DNA of 64,000 nt from Octopus sinensis (taxonomy: Eukaryota): positions 16,244,001 through 16,308,000 of the forward strand of contig NC_043003.1 in the NCBI RefSeq assembly GCF_006345805.1. The letters run 5' to 3'. Under the pieces are notes generated by a model that did not search any database, had not been told where the DNA came from, and was given only the letters and a program-made list of their open reading frames with translations. Position 1 is the stretch's first letter. Each line of letters begins with the position of its first letter. The position numbers and the translations under genes were made by a program. Positions 26,796-40,261 of this stretch are shown one piece after another.

Positions 26796-27200
26796 TATAT
26801 TAATATATGTATGTATATATATATGTATGTATGTATGAATGTATGTATGTATGTATGTATGTATGTATGTATGTACGTATGTATGTATGTATGTATGTAG
26901 GGTCATATATATGAATCTCTATATATATGCACAGAAATGTATATGTGTATAAAAATGTATATTTTTATTTCTATATATGTAGATATATAGACACATTTGC
27001 GTACACACGTATACTTCTGTATGTATATGTATGTGTGTGTATATATATACATATACATATATTATATATATATATTGATTTATCATTATTATTATCTTTA
27101 TTTATTATATATATATGTCTGTGTGTGTGTACATATGTATATATTTGAATATGTGTATGAGTGTGCGCGTTTGTGTGTGTGTGTGTTAGTAGGTTATGTA
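25900..27200. repeat. TA/TATG/CA microsatellite field
   Basis: Directly visible. Confidence 0.85.
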
Positions 27201-27801
27201 TCCTGTTGCTGCTGCACACATGTATGTCATGTTACGCAATATAAGCAGTACGTTAAGAGAAAAGTGATAGATATGCTTACTTTATTGGCCCCTTTCTGCA
27301 AAGAAACGCATAAATAATGAGATAATTAGATAATTAAATGATTAAATAAAGAAATAAATACTGAAATATTCGAGCATTTTAAACAATAACAAATATACAC
27401 GCATATACAAGCCGAATACAACGGATAGCTGCAACAGTGCAAAATCTTGCCCGTGAAATCAAAGGCTTCCGTTAAGAAAAAAAAATGGCGGACAATATCA
27501 TAATGGCTATCTCTTAGCGAGTTTCTTAATGTTTTTTTTAGTAACTGCGAGTAATGCCGACTTTTAAAAGACCGTAATTAAATTTGAATGAGAATTGCTT
27601 ACAAAAATAAGCGTTTTAAATATTCATTTCTGTCTTTTTCGGTTCATTCTTTGTTTGTTTATTGTATTTGGATCTGTTTTTTTTATTGCTTTTTGTTATT
27701 TGCTCGTTTTATTTCTCTTTTAAGATTGCCGTTTATACCCGAGATGAAACATTGAAACATTTCGTATTTCACTATTTCTAATATATGCTTGTATTATTTG
27801 T

Positions 27802-27848
<47 letters not shown>

Positions 27849-28446
27849 ACATACACACACACGCACACACACACAGACGTATTTATATATATAATATATA
27901 TATGCGAACGCACATGATCTCACACAGTAAAATTCAGTTGCAAACAGATATAATACAAATATCTGCGTTCAGCCATTTATCCAGGCAGAAAGCAACAGCT
28001 ATACTCTTTATCAGTTATTTTCGCGCATTTTTAAAACGTAAATTGACACGCGCGTGGCTGTGTTGGTGAGCACGAATTTCTGCTGTGCGTACTGGTATAT
28101 ACATGTCTCTGCGCATGTACAAACGACTGAAAAAAAGAAAAAATAGAAACCTTGCATACGCTTCTAGGTTCCAGTTCTCCAACGTAGATTGTCATTGGTC
28201 TAATAAACTCCATTCAGAATAGCAAGCATTGCGTGTCATTATAGACCGAAATTTCTGTTTCGAAGGAATGTTTCTGCCCCGCCCCCCGTCTCTCTATTTT
28301 CGTAGCTTCGAAGTCTTTTGGTACGCAATTTTAATTTTTAAAATTATTATTTGCTGCCGAATGTAACTGCGCTTGCGCGGTGGATTTGAAAAATTAGAAT
28401 GCATAAGTAAGCATAAACATTCCTTCGAAACTGAAATTTCGGTCAT

Positions 28447-28872
28447 AGGCGCAGGAGTGGCTGTGTGGTAAGTAGCTTGCTTGCCAACCACATGGTTCCG
28501 GGTTCAGTCCCACTGTGTGGCACCTTGGGCAAGTGTCTTCTACTATAACCTTGGGCCGACCAAGGCCTTGTGGGTGGATTTAGTAGACGGAAACTGGAAA
28601 GAAGCCCGTCGTATGTATACACACACACATATATATATATGTATGTATGTACATGTTTGTGTGTCTGTGTTTCTCCCCCAAAATCGCTTGACAACAAATG
28701 CTGGTGTGTTTACGTCCCCGTAACTTAGCGGTTCGGCAAAAGAGACCGATAGAGTAAGTACTAGGCTTCCAAAGAATAAGTCCTGGGGTCGATTTGCTCG
28801 ACTAAAGGCGGTGCTCCAGTATGGCCGCAGTCAAATGACTGAAACAAGTAAAAGAATAAAAGAATAAAAGAG
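28447..28872 (+). mobile_element. OK-like tRNA-derived SINE, full length
   Basis: A box tggctgtgtgg, B box gggttcagtccc, internal microsatellite, tail gaaacaagtaaaagaataaaaga. Confidence 0.92.
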
Positions 28873-29139
28873 TATGCAGCACGTGTATTCTCTGTGCTGC
28901 ATAAATATGCATTAATCTTAACGCCCTTACTGAAGAAGTAGGGATGGCAAATTAATTTATTTGCACATTAATGCAGAAACTCGAGTCTAGGGTTAACTAT
29001 AGAAATATTTTTATTTTCATTCCCTTTGAAATTATTCTTATTCGTGGTTAGAGTTTTAATTGCCCTTTCTAGCATGTAAGGTGTCTTATTAAAGGTCACC
29101 TCTGTTGTCTATAAATAAGTACACTATTTTATATAAATT

Positions 29140-29521
29140 CTCTTATTTGTTTCAGTCATTTGACTGCAGCTTTGCTGGAGCACCACCTTTAGTCGATCAA
29201 ATCGACTCCAGGACTTATTTTGTGTAAGCTTAGTACTTATTTTGTCGGGTTCTTTTGCCAAATCCCTAAGTTACGGGGACGTGAACACATCAATATTAAT
29301 TACCAAGTGAAGGCGGGGGGACAAACACAGACACACACACACGCACACGCACACACACACATACACATATATATATATATACGAGGGCTTCTTTCAGTTT
29401 CCCTCTACCAAATCCACTCACAAGGCCTTGGTCGGCTCGAGACTACTCTACAAGACATGTACCCAAGGTGTCACGCAGTTAGACCGAACCTAGAACCATG
29501 TGGTTGGTAAGCAAGCTACTT
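29140..29521 (-). mobile_element. OK-like SINE
   Basis: Reverse-complement match to 28447-28872. Confidence 0.85.
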
Positions 29522-30029
29522 CATTTCATTTTATTTCATTTTATTTGCCATAAAGGCAGTATAGAAAGTAGCTGCGGGCTGGACAAACACATAAATGAGA
29601 GACGAAACCCAACACCCGCCGAATGGATTTTTCTCGAAAACATTTTCAATATGAGGTTTCAAACCTCTTATAAAGGGAGGCACTAAAATCTCTTACTTCA
29701 CATGATTTTTTTAAAAAACACACAAATGAGGTTATAAACCACTACAAATAATGCAATAAGATGAGGTTTCAAACCCTCTAACGAGGCTTTTTCACCTCCT
29801 ACTCATCGATATATCCATCAAGATATCCATCATTATCTTCAATGCCGCTTGAGTTCCTGTACCCCGCCATTTCCCATGCCTCATTTATGTACGAGCCACC
29901 CAGCTATACGCGACATTCCTCTTTAAATCTTTACTCTTTACTCCGGTATACATCAATATGTGACCTCGTGAGTATCGCTGGTGATTTTTTCCCTCTGTCT
30001 TCCTTTCTCTGGATCTTTCCTTCTCCTAT

Positions 30030-30064
30030 GTTTCCAACGAAGAGCTCCGTTCGAAACGTTAAAC
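30030..30064 (+). ncRNA. Degenerate minimal hammerhead (dimer type)
   Basis: GTTT-ccaacga-a-GAGC tcc GTTC-GAAAC-GTT-AAAC; stems intact, CUGANGA box doubly mutated. Confidence 0.55.
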
Positions 30065-30234
30065 CCTCCTTCTTCCCTTCTTTCCTGAGCATCCAATAAT
30101 ACTTTATTTGTTCCCCGTCCTCGCGTTGTTGTGTTTTTTTTTTTGTGTTTTTGTTTGGATTAACTATATATATATATAGAATCAATCAATCAATCAATCA
30201 TATACATATATATTGTTATACACACACACACACA

Positions 30235-30301
<67 letters not shown>

Positions 30302-30813
30302 TAAAGGGATATTTGCTACCTTCTTTGTAAACTAATTTATGATTGTTTTGCAAGGCTGTGCATTCGCAGAATATCATATAAATGTTTGACGGCATTTACT
30401 TACTTCCCATTAGGTCCTGAGTTCAAATCGAATCAAGGCAGGCTTGACTTTTTTTATCGTTTGGCTGTCGACAAAATAAGTCGTAGTCCATTACGGATGA
30501 AATCGATCTAATCGGTTGTTCGCTTTCGCCGAAGTAGACAATAGAGCTAATCACCGGTTGATGGTATGATTCTAATCAGTAACAGTTCAATCAATCGATT
30601 CTTATAAACCTCACTAGTACGTGGAATAAAGAAAATGGTGAATAACAATGATTGTTTCGTCAAATTAAAACGGGATATTCTATCTTAACATCAATCTAAT
30701 TAATGCACATAAACGTCTGTGTAAATGATTCTGTAGAAAAGGACACACACACACACACATCCACACATCCACGCGCACATTACCCACCATGTATATATAT
30801 ATATATATATATA

Positions 30814-31115
30814 TCACGTGATCACGTGACCGACCAGACCATCAGACGTTGTTACACATCGCTGGTCACAATGCGTTCGCATTGTTTTAGCCTTCGAATG
30901 ATGCCACCCGCTGGCTAAACGAGCAGGCCAACGGAAGAAAGAGTGGGAGAAAGAGTGGTGAAAGAGTACAGCAGGGATCACCACCCCTGCCGGAGCCTCG
31001 TGGAGCTTTTTAGGTGTTTTTCGCTCAATAAACACTCACAACGCCCGGTCTGGGAATCGAAACCGCGATCCTACGACCGCGAGTCCGCTGCCCTAACCAC
31101 TTGGCCATTGCGCCT

Positions 31116-31119
<4 letters not shown>
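30814..31119 (-). mobile_element. OR2-like SINE, full length
   Basis: Near-identical to 2617-2926; sits between (TA)n and (CA)n. Confidence 0.9.
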
Positions 31120-31155
<36 letters not shown>

Positions 31156-31627
31156 GTATGTATATATAAAAGGCGCCTTGTTAGGGTGTCGCACTCACGA
31201 TCATAAAATAGTGGTTTCGAATTCTAGACGGGTGGTGTGTTATGTTCTGGAGCAAAATACTACTTTTCTCGCTCCTCTGCGATCATTTTGGCATCCGAAT
31301 ATGTAGCATAAAGTTTATTCGCGTAGGCATTTGTGAATCTGATGCAGGAAATGAACACCAATATTCGATGAATAGCAATGAATGATCTGTTTAGGATGTT
31401 CAGCAAGAAGCTGCGGAATCCATCATTGACTGTATTGCAATTTATATTTAATAAGAGCTTGCACATCATCGCTATGACTCTTAACTATAAAATCAAGAAA
31501 TCTATAAGCAAGCAAGAGCATGATCTCCGGTTTTGCAATGAGGTGAGTGTTATTTCGGAATTCGTTTCGGAATTTATTTCGGAGAGTTGTCTGAATAGAT
31601 TTGACTTCTCCTTTGCTTATGTAAATT

Positions 31628-31629
31628 TA

Positions 31630-31695
<66 letters not shown>

Positions 31696-32012
31696 TCATC
31701 ATCATCATTATCATTATCATTATCATTATCATTATGATTATGATTATCATCATCATTATCATTTCATTATCATTATCATATCATCATCATCATCTCATCA
31801 TCATCATCATCAGCATCATCATTATCATCATCATTATCATTAGGTTATTGTTATTGTTATTTTGTATTGTTATCTTATTATTATTATTATTATTATTGTT
31901 ATTATTATTGTTATTGTTATTATTATTATTATTATTATTATTGTTATTGGTTTGTGTTGTTGTTGTTTGTTGTTATTGTTATTGTATTGTTTATTGGTTA
32001 TTGTTATTATTA

Positions 32013-32071
<59 letters not shown>

Positions 32072-32147
32072 ATTATATTATTATTATTATTATTATTAAT
32101 TTATTATTATTATTAATATTATATTATTATTATTATTATTATTATTA

Positions 32148-32193
<46 letters not shown>

Positions 32194-32228
32194 ATTATTA
32201 TTATATATTATTTAATTATTATTATTAA

Positions 32229-32268
<40 letters not shown>

Positions 32269-32322
32269 GTTATTATTATTGTTATTGTTATTATTATTAT
32301 TATTATTATTATTGTTATTGTT

Positions 32323-32355
<33 letters not shown>

Positions 32356-32423
32356 GCTGCTGCTGTTGCTGCTGCTGTTGCTGCTGTTGCTGCTGCTGTT
32401 GTTGTTGTTGTTGTTGTTTGTTA

Positions 32424-32457
<34 letters not shown>

Positions 32458-32737
32458 GTTATTGTTATTATTGTTATTATTATTATTGTTATTATTATTA
32501 TTATTGTTATTGTTATTGTTATTATTGTTATTGTTATTATTGTTATTATTATTATTGTTATTATTATTATTGTTTATTATATTATTATTATTATTATTAT
32601 TATTATTTTATTTTTATATTGTTATTGTTATTATTGTTGTTATTGTTATTGTTTATTATTGTTATTTTTATTGTTATTGTTATTTTTATTGTTATTATTA
32701 TTATTAATTATTATTATTATTATTATTATTATTAGTC

Positions 32738-32775
<38 letters not shown>

Positions 32776-32855
32776 ATTATTATTATTATTATTATTAATA
32801 TTATTATTATTATGTTATTATTATTTATTAATTATTGTTATTATTATTATTATTA

Positions 32856-32890
<35 letters not shown>

Positions 32891-32905
32891 TATTATTATT
32901 ATTTA

Positions 32906-32968
<63 letters not shown>

Positions 32969-33054
32969 CATCATCATCATCATCATCATTATCATCAATC
33001 ATCATCATCACATCATCACATCTCATCTCATCATTATCATCATCATCATCATCA

Positions 33055-33132
<78 letters not shown>

Positions 33133-33148
33133 CATCATCATCATCATC

Positions 33149-33186
<38 letters not shown>

Positions 33187-33223
33187 TATCATCATCATCA
33201 TCATCATTATCATTATCATTATC

Positions 33224-33300
<77 letters not shown>

Positions 33301-33677
33301 GACTATTATTATATTATTAGTATTATTATATTACTATTACTATTACTATTACTAATTACTTATTACTATATTATTACTATTACTATTACTATTACTATTA
33401 TTATTATTACTTACTATTATTATTATTATTATTATTACTATTATTATTAATTATTATTAATTATTATTATTACTATTATATTATTATATTAGTTATTTAC
33501 TATTACTTATTACTATTATTATTAGATTAACTATTACTATTATTATTATTATTTAAATTATTATTACTAAATAACTATTATTAATTATTATTATTATTAT
33601 TATTATTATATAAGATTATTATATTTATACTATTACTATTTATTATTATTATTATTATTATTACTATTATTATTATA

Positions 33678-33716
<39 letters not shown>

Positions 33717-33830
33717 TACTATTACTATTACTATTACTATTATATATTATATTATTATTACTATTACTATTACTATTAATTTTATATTATTATTATTATT
33801 AGTTATTATTATGATTATATTATTATTATT
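31628..33830. repeat. About 2.2-kb mosaic trinucleotide tract (TAT/CAT/TGT/TGC/TAC)
   Basis: Directly visible. Confidence 0.95.
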
Positions 33831-33831
33831 T

Positions 33832-35032
33832 GATGAAAAACACTTAAGCTTTATTTAATTTGGTATGATGGAAATGTCAGCTTGTCCACAGCCAGCAGAC
33901 TACGTGGACACTTTTTTTACAGGTCATGCATCAAGAAACCTGCGAACAATTCTTGCAGTTCCAAGCAATTCTGATGTTTTTGTGTGGTGTTCCACCTGTC
34001 TTCAACTTATCCTTGTGCAACCGATCTTTTTCAGCCATGTGATAGTTTAGTGGTGATACTTCCAAGTGCAATCATTATTATTGGTATCACGTCTATCTCC
34101 TCATTACCACAGCCTTCGTATTTTGAATTTCAAATCGTCTTGTTGTTCAGTTTTTTCTTTTTGTTTCTCATCTGTACATACTGTTGTCATTGGATCATGC
34201 TATTCTATTATCATGTACGGTTTCTTTTTTTACTCTTACAACATATCTTGGTTTCCGATGTTTGGTCAGAGAATGCACTGATCATTGCATCCCATAGGAT
34301 TTTGTAATCTTCATTCTCGCTGACTCCTGGGTTCCTCATACCACGTCTTTGCTCCTTGTAGGCCGTGATTTCTTTCTAATAGCTCCCAATGGATCATTCT
34401 TGCTACATTGTCATTCGTCTGTTTATTCGTGTTGTGCCATTTACGTGCATTCGCTACGATGTTCCTACTTGTTTGTTATTCAATCACCCTTCACCACACA
34501 TTTTGCATTTGTCACTCTCGTTAGTGCTGTCATATTCTGCACTCAATTTAGTTCTTAACTATGTTCTTGTCTTTGCATATAAGCGCTTCTTTCTCAGTCT
34601 TCCAAGTCACTCCTCTCCTCATACACGCACACGGCTTCTGTCTCTGTCTTGACGTTTCGTATTCCTCAAACAGTTCGACATCATTTTCTCCTTCCATGCT
34701 GTTTCTTTTTTGAGTTCCATTCCTCTTTAAGATTTTCTTTCTTTACACAATTATCAGTTTTAATGACATCACAACGGGCTTCTTCACATGTTTCAACAAT
34801 AGTTTCGCCGTACTTATTTTTTACATCCACCATAATACTTGTTTTCCTCTGTTTCAATGGAAGGCTCTATGCGCTGTCATCAGTTCTCTCTTTCACCAGT
34901 TTATATGATTCCAGTTTAATACCGAAGTGATCATACCCCCCATGTATTAACTACTTGGATTATTTCCATCCGGTCAATTTTGAGCGCCACACAACCAATC
35001 TTAGTCTCGGAAATATTCCATCCTCCATTGTT
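33832..35032 (-). mobile_element. R4/Dong-type RLE non-LTR retrotransposon, 5'-truncated and decayed, inserted in (TAA)n
   Basis: Minus remnants PRLRLVVWRSKLTG; ILWDAMI; DLKFEIRRLW; DVIPIIMIALGSIT; LLGTARIVRRFL; triplet tracts on both sides. Confidence 0.82.
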
Positions 35033-35033
35033 A

Positions 35034-35096
<63 letters not shown>

Positions 35097-35334
35097 TACT
35101 ATTGTTGTTGTTTTGTGTTATTATTATTATTATTATTATTATCATCATCATCACTCACTGTGCGGAGTTTATATTAATGCGACTGGATCTTACCTTTGAG
35201 TTGCGAAGTATTTCCCCTCTGTATTAATCAGAGTCTTACCGATCTTGATTCGATTATTGGAATACTATGCTAGCCAGGATCTTACATTATGTCTTGCGGA
35301 GACAATTACCAAGGATTATGATTATCCCCTGGAT

Positions 35335-35380
<46 letters not shown>

Positions 35381-36509
35381 GATATATATATACATATATA
35401 TATACATATATATATACAAATATATATATTATACATATATATACATATATATGTATATATATACATATGTATGTATGTATGTTTATATGCAGTTATACAT
35501 GTTTATATTCTTTGTCTTTCTTCAATCCATTACATATATATATATATTGTTATGTTTGTTATTTTGTTCTACTTCCTGTTGTTGTAGTTGTTTTTAGTTA
35601 CATTCTTCTGTTATTATTGCGTTCCCATTTTAGCTATCGGTATAATGGGACCAACACTCGCAGTTGCAAACTAGCTGACTCTTCTTATATTGCTATTAAA
35701 AACACACACCAACCAATGCGGTCATTTTTATATGTAGTATCCAGAGAGACAATTATAACGTCTAACTGATTGTAAGCTTCGATTTCTGTAACGTGTCGTT
35801 TATAATAACAACGTCACACTATATAAGACATGGCTGGTGCGACAACGAATGTTTAGTTGTTGAAGCTATAATTAAGGTGAGATTTTGGCAAAAACAAATC
35901 AATGGGCCCTATCGATTTATCACCAAATCAAACGCTTTATTCGATAACCAAATTATATATGAATTATATATGAACTTGCGTATGTCTGTGTATCTTTGTG
36001 TGCATTTGTGGAGAGAGGACGTATAGATTTATCGGTCTCTTGTTTAAGTTCAAAATTTTAATACTCGTTACTTAATATAATAACATAAATTAATGTAAAA
36101 AACACGTTATAAATCTTTGTATGTATTTGAATGGTTTTGTTATTGGAAGGTATGTTTGTAATGTAAGGTCAACCGAAACAAGTTGCTCTCCAACCGTAAT
36201 TCTAATTTTGATTTTAAATTATATAGTATTTCTTAATCTCTGGACGTAGAATCTTTTAATGTAAAGTATTTATTTACATGTAGATCTACAGATTTTGAAT
36301 TCTTGATATTTGGTCAATTTTCGTTTTCCTAATATTCTGGGCGCATAAAATCAGAATTTCCTTTGTTTCTACGAATCTTCCCGTCCTTAAAGGGTTTAGC
36401 TTTATGGCGTATCGTCAGACCCCAAAACCTGTTGGCCTAAGACCTCTCCAAAATATGGCTTTTTAATATTCTTTCCAGCAGCATGCGGGTGTACAGTTCG
36501 TTGGATGGC

Positions 36510-36609
36510 NNNNNNNNNNNNNNNNNNNNNNNNNNNNNNNNNNNNNNNNNNNNNNNNNNNNNNNNNNNNNNNNNNNNNNNNNNNNNNNNNNNNNNNNNNN
36601 NNNNNNNNN
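36510..36609. other. Assembly gap (100 N)
   Basis: Run of N; true size and contiguity unknown. Confidence 1.
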
Positions 36610-37139
36610 GACTGAAACAAGTAAAATTTGTAAAATTGTAAATATTATGTATGGGTATTTTATTGCCAGAAACAACCAGGTTTCTTCCTCTAACATTTTA
36701 CATAGTTTAAACTACACAAGTTAACGGGTGAAAAACAAGATAAGAATTTTGAGAGAAGGATGTATAAAACTAGTTTTTAAACATCGAATGATCATGGGGG
36801 GGGGGCACCGGAATAAAGTAGTAATCAAAAGGGTCCGTAGGTAATATATGGTTGAGAACACCTGGATTTGATATCGCAACCTCTAACATAGAATGCGGTC
36901 ATTTATAACGAAGTTGTAACCACAGCTATTGGCCTACTCGACTACTGAACTTCATTTAGCTTGCTGTTTAACTTTGTGGCTGTGTGGTTTGAGGAGCTTG
37001 CTTTCAAACTATGTGATCTTGGGTTCGGTCCCACTGCGCGGAATCTCTGTTTAGTGTCTTCTACCGAAAAAAGTCTTCTAAGTGCGACTGGTAGACGGAA
37101 ACTGAAAGAAGACAGACGTGTGTGTGTGTGTGTATACTC

Positions 37140-37416
37140 TCTTGCTTGTATCAGTCATTTTACTACGGCCAGGCTGGAGCACCATCTTAAAGGGTTTTTT
37201 GGTCGTAGAAATCGGCTCCAGGACTTATTTTATTGGTTTCTTTTTGCCAAACCGCTACATTGCGAGGCCGAAAGCACACCAACATCGGTTGTCAAGCGAT
37301 GATGGAGGGGCAAACACACATACACATAAATTCACACACACACACACACACACACATACAACACACACACACACACAAACACACACAGACATCACACACT
37401 CACTCACACACACACA

Positions 37417-37462
<46 letters not shown>

Positions 37463-37618
37463 GAAGGGCTTCTTTCAGTATCCGTCTTCTAAATCCACTC
37501 ACAAGGCCTTGGTCGGCCGAAGGCTATAGAAGAAGACCCTTGCTCAAGGTGCCATGTAGCGGGACTGAACCCAGAACCATGTGTTTGGGAAGGAAGCTTC
37601 TTACCACGCCTGCGCCTG
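37140..37618 (-). mobile_element. OK-like SINE (a degenerate plus-strand 5' half lies at about 36975-37135)
   Basis: OK motifs on the reverse strand with expanded (CA)n. Confidence 0.8.
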
Positions 37619-37667
37619 TCTATCTATATATCTATCTATCTATCTATATATATATATATATATATAT

Positions 37668-37868
37668 AACGGGAGGGTTTACGAAAATAAACAAAAGACG
37701 AAGGCAGGTGGAGTACAAACAAGCAAATGTATTAGTATGGCGCTCAGGAATAGAAAGTCTTTTACGTTTCGAGCCTACGCTCTTCGACAGAAAGATGCAC
37801 AGAAAAGAAACAAGGAGGGAAACAAGGAGAGAAAAAAATGCGTGTAGGAGCTAACGGTCCATCATGGC
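37668..37868 (-). mobile_element. Non-autonomous Penelope-pLTR-like unit carrying a hammerhead motif
   Basis: Shares the hammerhead and downstream ttcctgagc...aatac with 30030-30130; ends in (TA)n. Confidence 0.55.
37758..37795 (-). ncRNA. Minimal hammerhead variant (CUGUCGA core)
   Basis: TCTTT-CTGTCGA-a-GAGC gtag GCTC-GAAAC-GTA-AAAGA; 5-bp stem I, perfect stem II, A6-to-U change. Confidence 0.65.
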
Positions 37869-37924
37869 AATTGATCGGTAGATAGTCAGATAAATAGATA
37901 TAGATATAGATATGTGTGTGTATG

Positions 37925-38150
37925 GCTTTATGTTTCTAATGTATTTGTTGCCACCACCACTTGACAACCGGTGTTGGTGGGTTTATACCCCAATAACTTA
38001 GGGTTTCGTATAAAAGAGATCGATAGAATAAATACCAGGCTTAAAAATAAGTCCTGGGATCGATTTGTTCGACTAAACCTTTGAAGGTGATGCCCAAGCC
38101 TGACCACAGTCCAAAGACTGAAACAAGTAAAATGGTAAAAAAGAAAAGAT
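37925..38150 (+). mobile_element. OK-like SINE, 3' half
   Basis: cttgacaaccggtgttggtg...aagtcctgggatcgatttgttcgactaaa...gactgaaacaagtaaa. Confidence 0.78.
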
Positions 38151-38158
38151 AAAACACA

Positions 38159-38196
<38 letters not shown>

Positions 38197-38311
38197 AAAA
38201 AAAAAGAAATAAAAGAAAAAATTTCTCATAATGGATTTCTGTACATCTTTTACAAAGTGAGCAGGACTGGCGCTGACTTAAAATTTTGACGCCGTGAGCA
38301 GGAAAATAGGG

Positions 38312-38314
<3 letters not shown>

Positions 38315-38388
<74 letters not shown>
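38315..38388. repeat. (GA)n microsatellite
   Basis: Directly visible. Confidence 0.95.
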
Positions 38389-38391
<3 letters not shown>

Positions 38392-38928
38392 GACTTATTA
38401 AATGACCTCGATTGCTACCAACACCCTCCTCTCTCTCTCTTTCTTTTTCTCACTCTTTCAATGTGTATGCATATACTTGTGTATGTATCCACGTACACGT
38501 GCGCGTGTGTTCACCTTCAGTGCCAAAAAGTACTGAAGAAGTTAACTACAAACACATATCAGTCTTCGTCTAACATTATTTTCATGATATAAATAAATAA
38601 ATAGTAGCCATCATCAAAACAGGGTCAATGTCCAATCGGCCGTGCCAAATTACCAGCGTCCAATCAGTCTTCTCCTTTTGATTTACCTCCGAGCTTTCAC
38701 TCCTTTAATCTGTTATTTATTTTTTTCTTTGTTTCTTGCTAGTTTGTAATTTGACATAAAACTCAGTAGTATCAATTTCGAACACTCTTCCTAGCTACAT
38801 GGCTAACAAATTGGCTTTTGTTTGATTAAAATGTATGCCTTTTTCTTCTTTCAAAACATAGCAGGGTCGCGTGTAAAACGCCCTTCCATAAAAGGGGTCG
38901 CTGAGGTACATGACAGATAGGATAGTAT

Positions 38929-39321
38929 ACTCTTTTACTCTTTTACTCTTTTATTTGTTTCAGCCATTTGACTGAAGCCATGCTGGAGCACCGCCTTTAG
39001 TCGAGCAAATCGACCCCAGGACTTATTCTATCTGTCTCTTTTTAAGCCTAGTACTTATTCTATCTGTCTCTTTTGCCGAACCGTAAGTTACGGGGACGTA
39101 AACACACCAGCATCGGTTGTCAAGCGATGTTGGGGGACAAACACACACACACACACATATATATATACGACGGGATTCTTTCAGTTTCCGTCTACCAAAT
39201 CCACTCACAAGGCTTTGGTCGGCTCGAGGCTATAGTAGAAGAGACTTGCCCAAGGTGCCACGCAGTGGGACTGAACCCGGAACCATGTGGTTGGTAAGCA
39301 AGCTACTTACCACACAGCCAC
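38929..39321 (-). mobile_element. OK-like SINE, near full length
   Basis: High similarity to 28447-28872. Confidence 0.9.
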
Positions 39322-39784
39322 CCCTAAGAAAATACAAATTATAAACCACTGCACAGGATTAAAACAAAACAAAAAAAATAAAATTGATTTAAACAGTTTT
39401 TGATTTAAAAAAAAAATGTAGTGGGCGAGTTCTTTTGCAAACATTGAGGGCTGTTTCTAAAACACCCTTTTATGAAAGGGGACGCTGAAAACAAATACGA
39501 ACAAGGCACAGAGAGCGATAGACACTAATAGATATACATAGTAAAAACGTCGCGTTAACATTGAAATGCTAAAACGTTGTTCCTCAACAAAATTCTATTA
39601 TATTTCTTTAATGCAATTTAAGAACATGGAACTTAAAAGTACCACTGTGAAATTTATTAACGACTATTATTTTATAATTTAACTTGATTTCAGGAAGTTA
39701 ACAAATGCAGTTGGAATAAGCAAACGTTGAATGAGGACTAAGCGTTTTGTAATATGGAGGTTCCTTTAAGTAAATTTATAGTTT

Positions 39785-40261
39785 ACCTTTTAGTAGTTTT
39801 AGCCACTGGACTACAGCCATACTGGCGCACAGCCAGAAAGGGTTTTTAGTTGGAGAAATCGACCCTATTATGTGTTTTTTAAGCGTGGTACTTATTCAAT
39901 CGGCCTCTTTTGCTGAACCACTAAGTTACGAGGGCATAAGTAAATCCAACATCGGTTGTCAAGCAATGACGGCGGACACATACATACATACAACATACAT
40001 ACATACATACATACATGCATACATGCATACATGCATACATACATACATACATACATACATACATACATAAATACTTACATACATACACACATACATATAC
40101 ATACACACATACAGATATACAACGGGCTTCCACACTCTCAAGGCATTGGTTGAACCGGGGCTGTAGTAGAAGTCATTAGTCCAAAGTACTGAGCAGTAGG
40201 CCTGAACCCGAAACCATGTGGTTGCAAAGCAATATTCTTAACTGCACAGCCATGCCTACGC
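39785..40261 (-). mobile_element. Degenerate OK-like SINE
   Basis: OK motifs with a (CATA)n expansion. Confidence 0.72.

Noticed and set aside
31378-33450. Poly-L/Y/I/H ORFs
   Set aside because: Trinucleotide microsatellite artefacts
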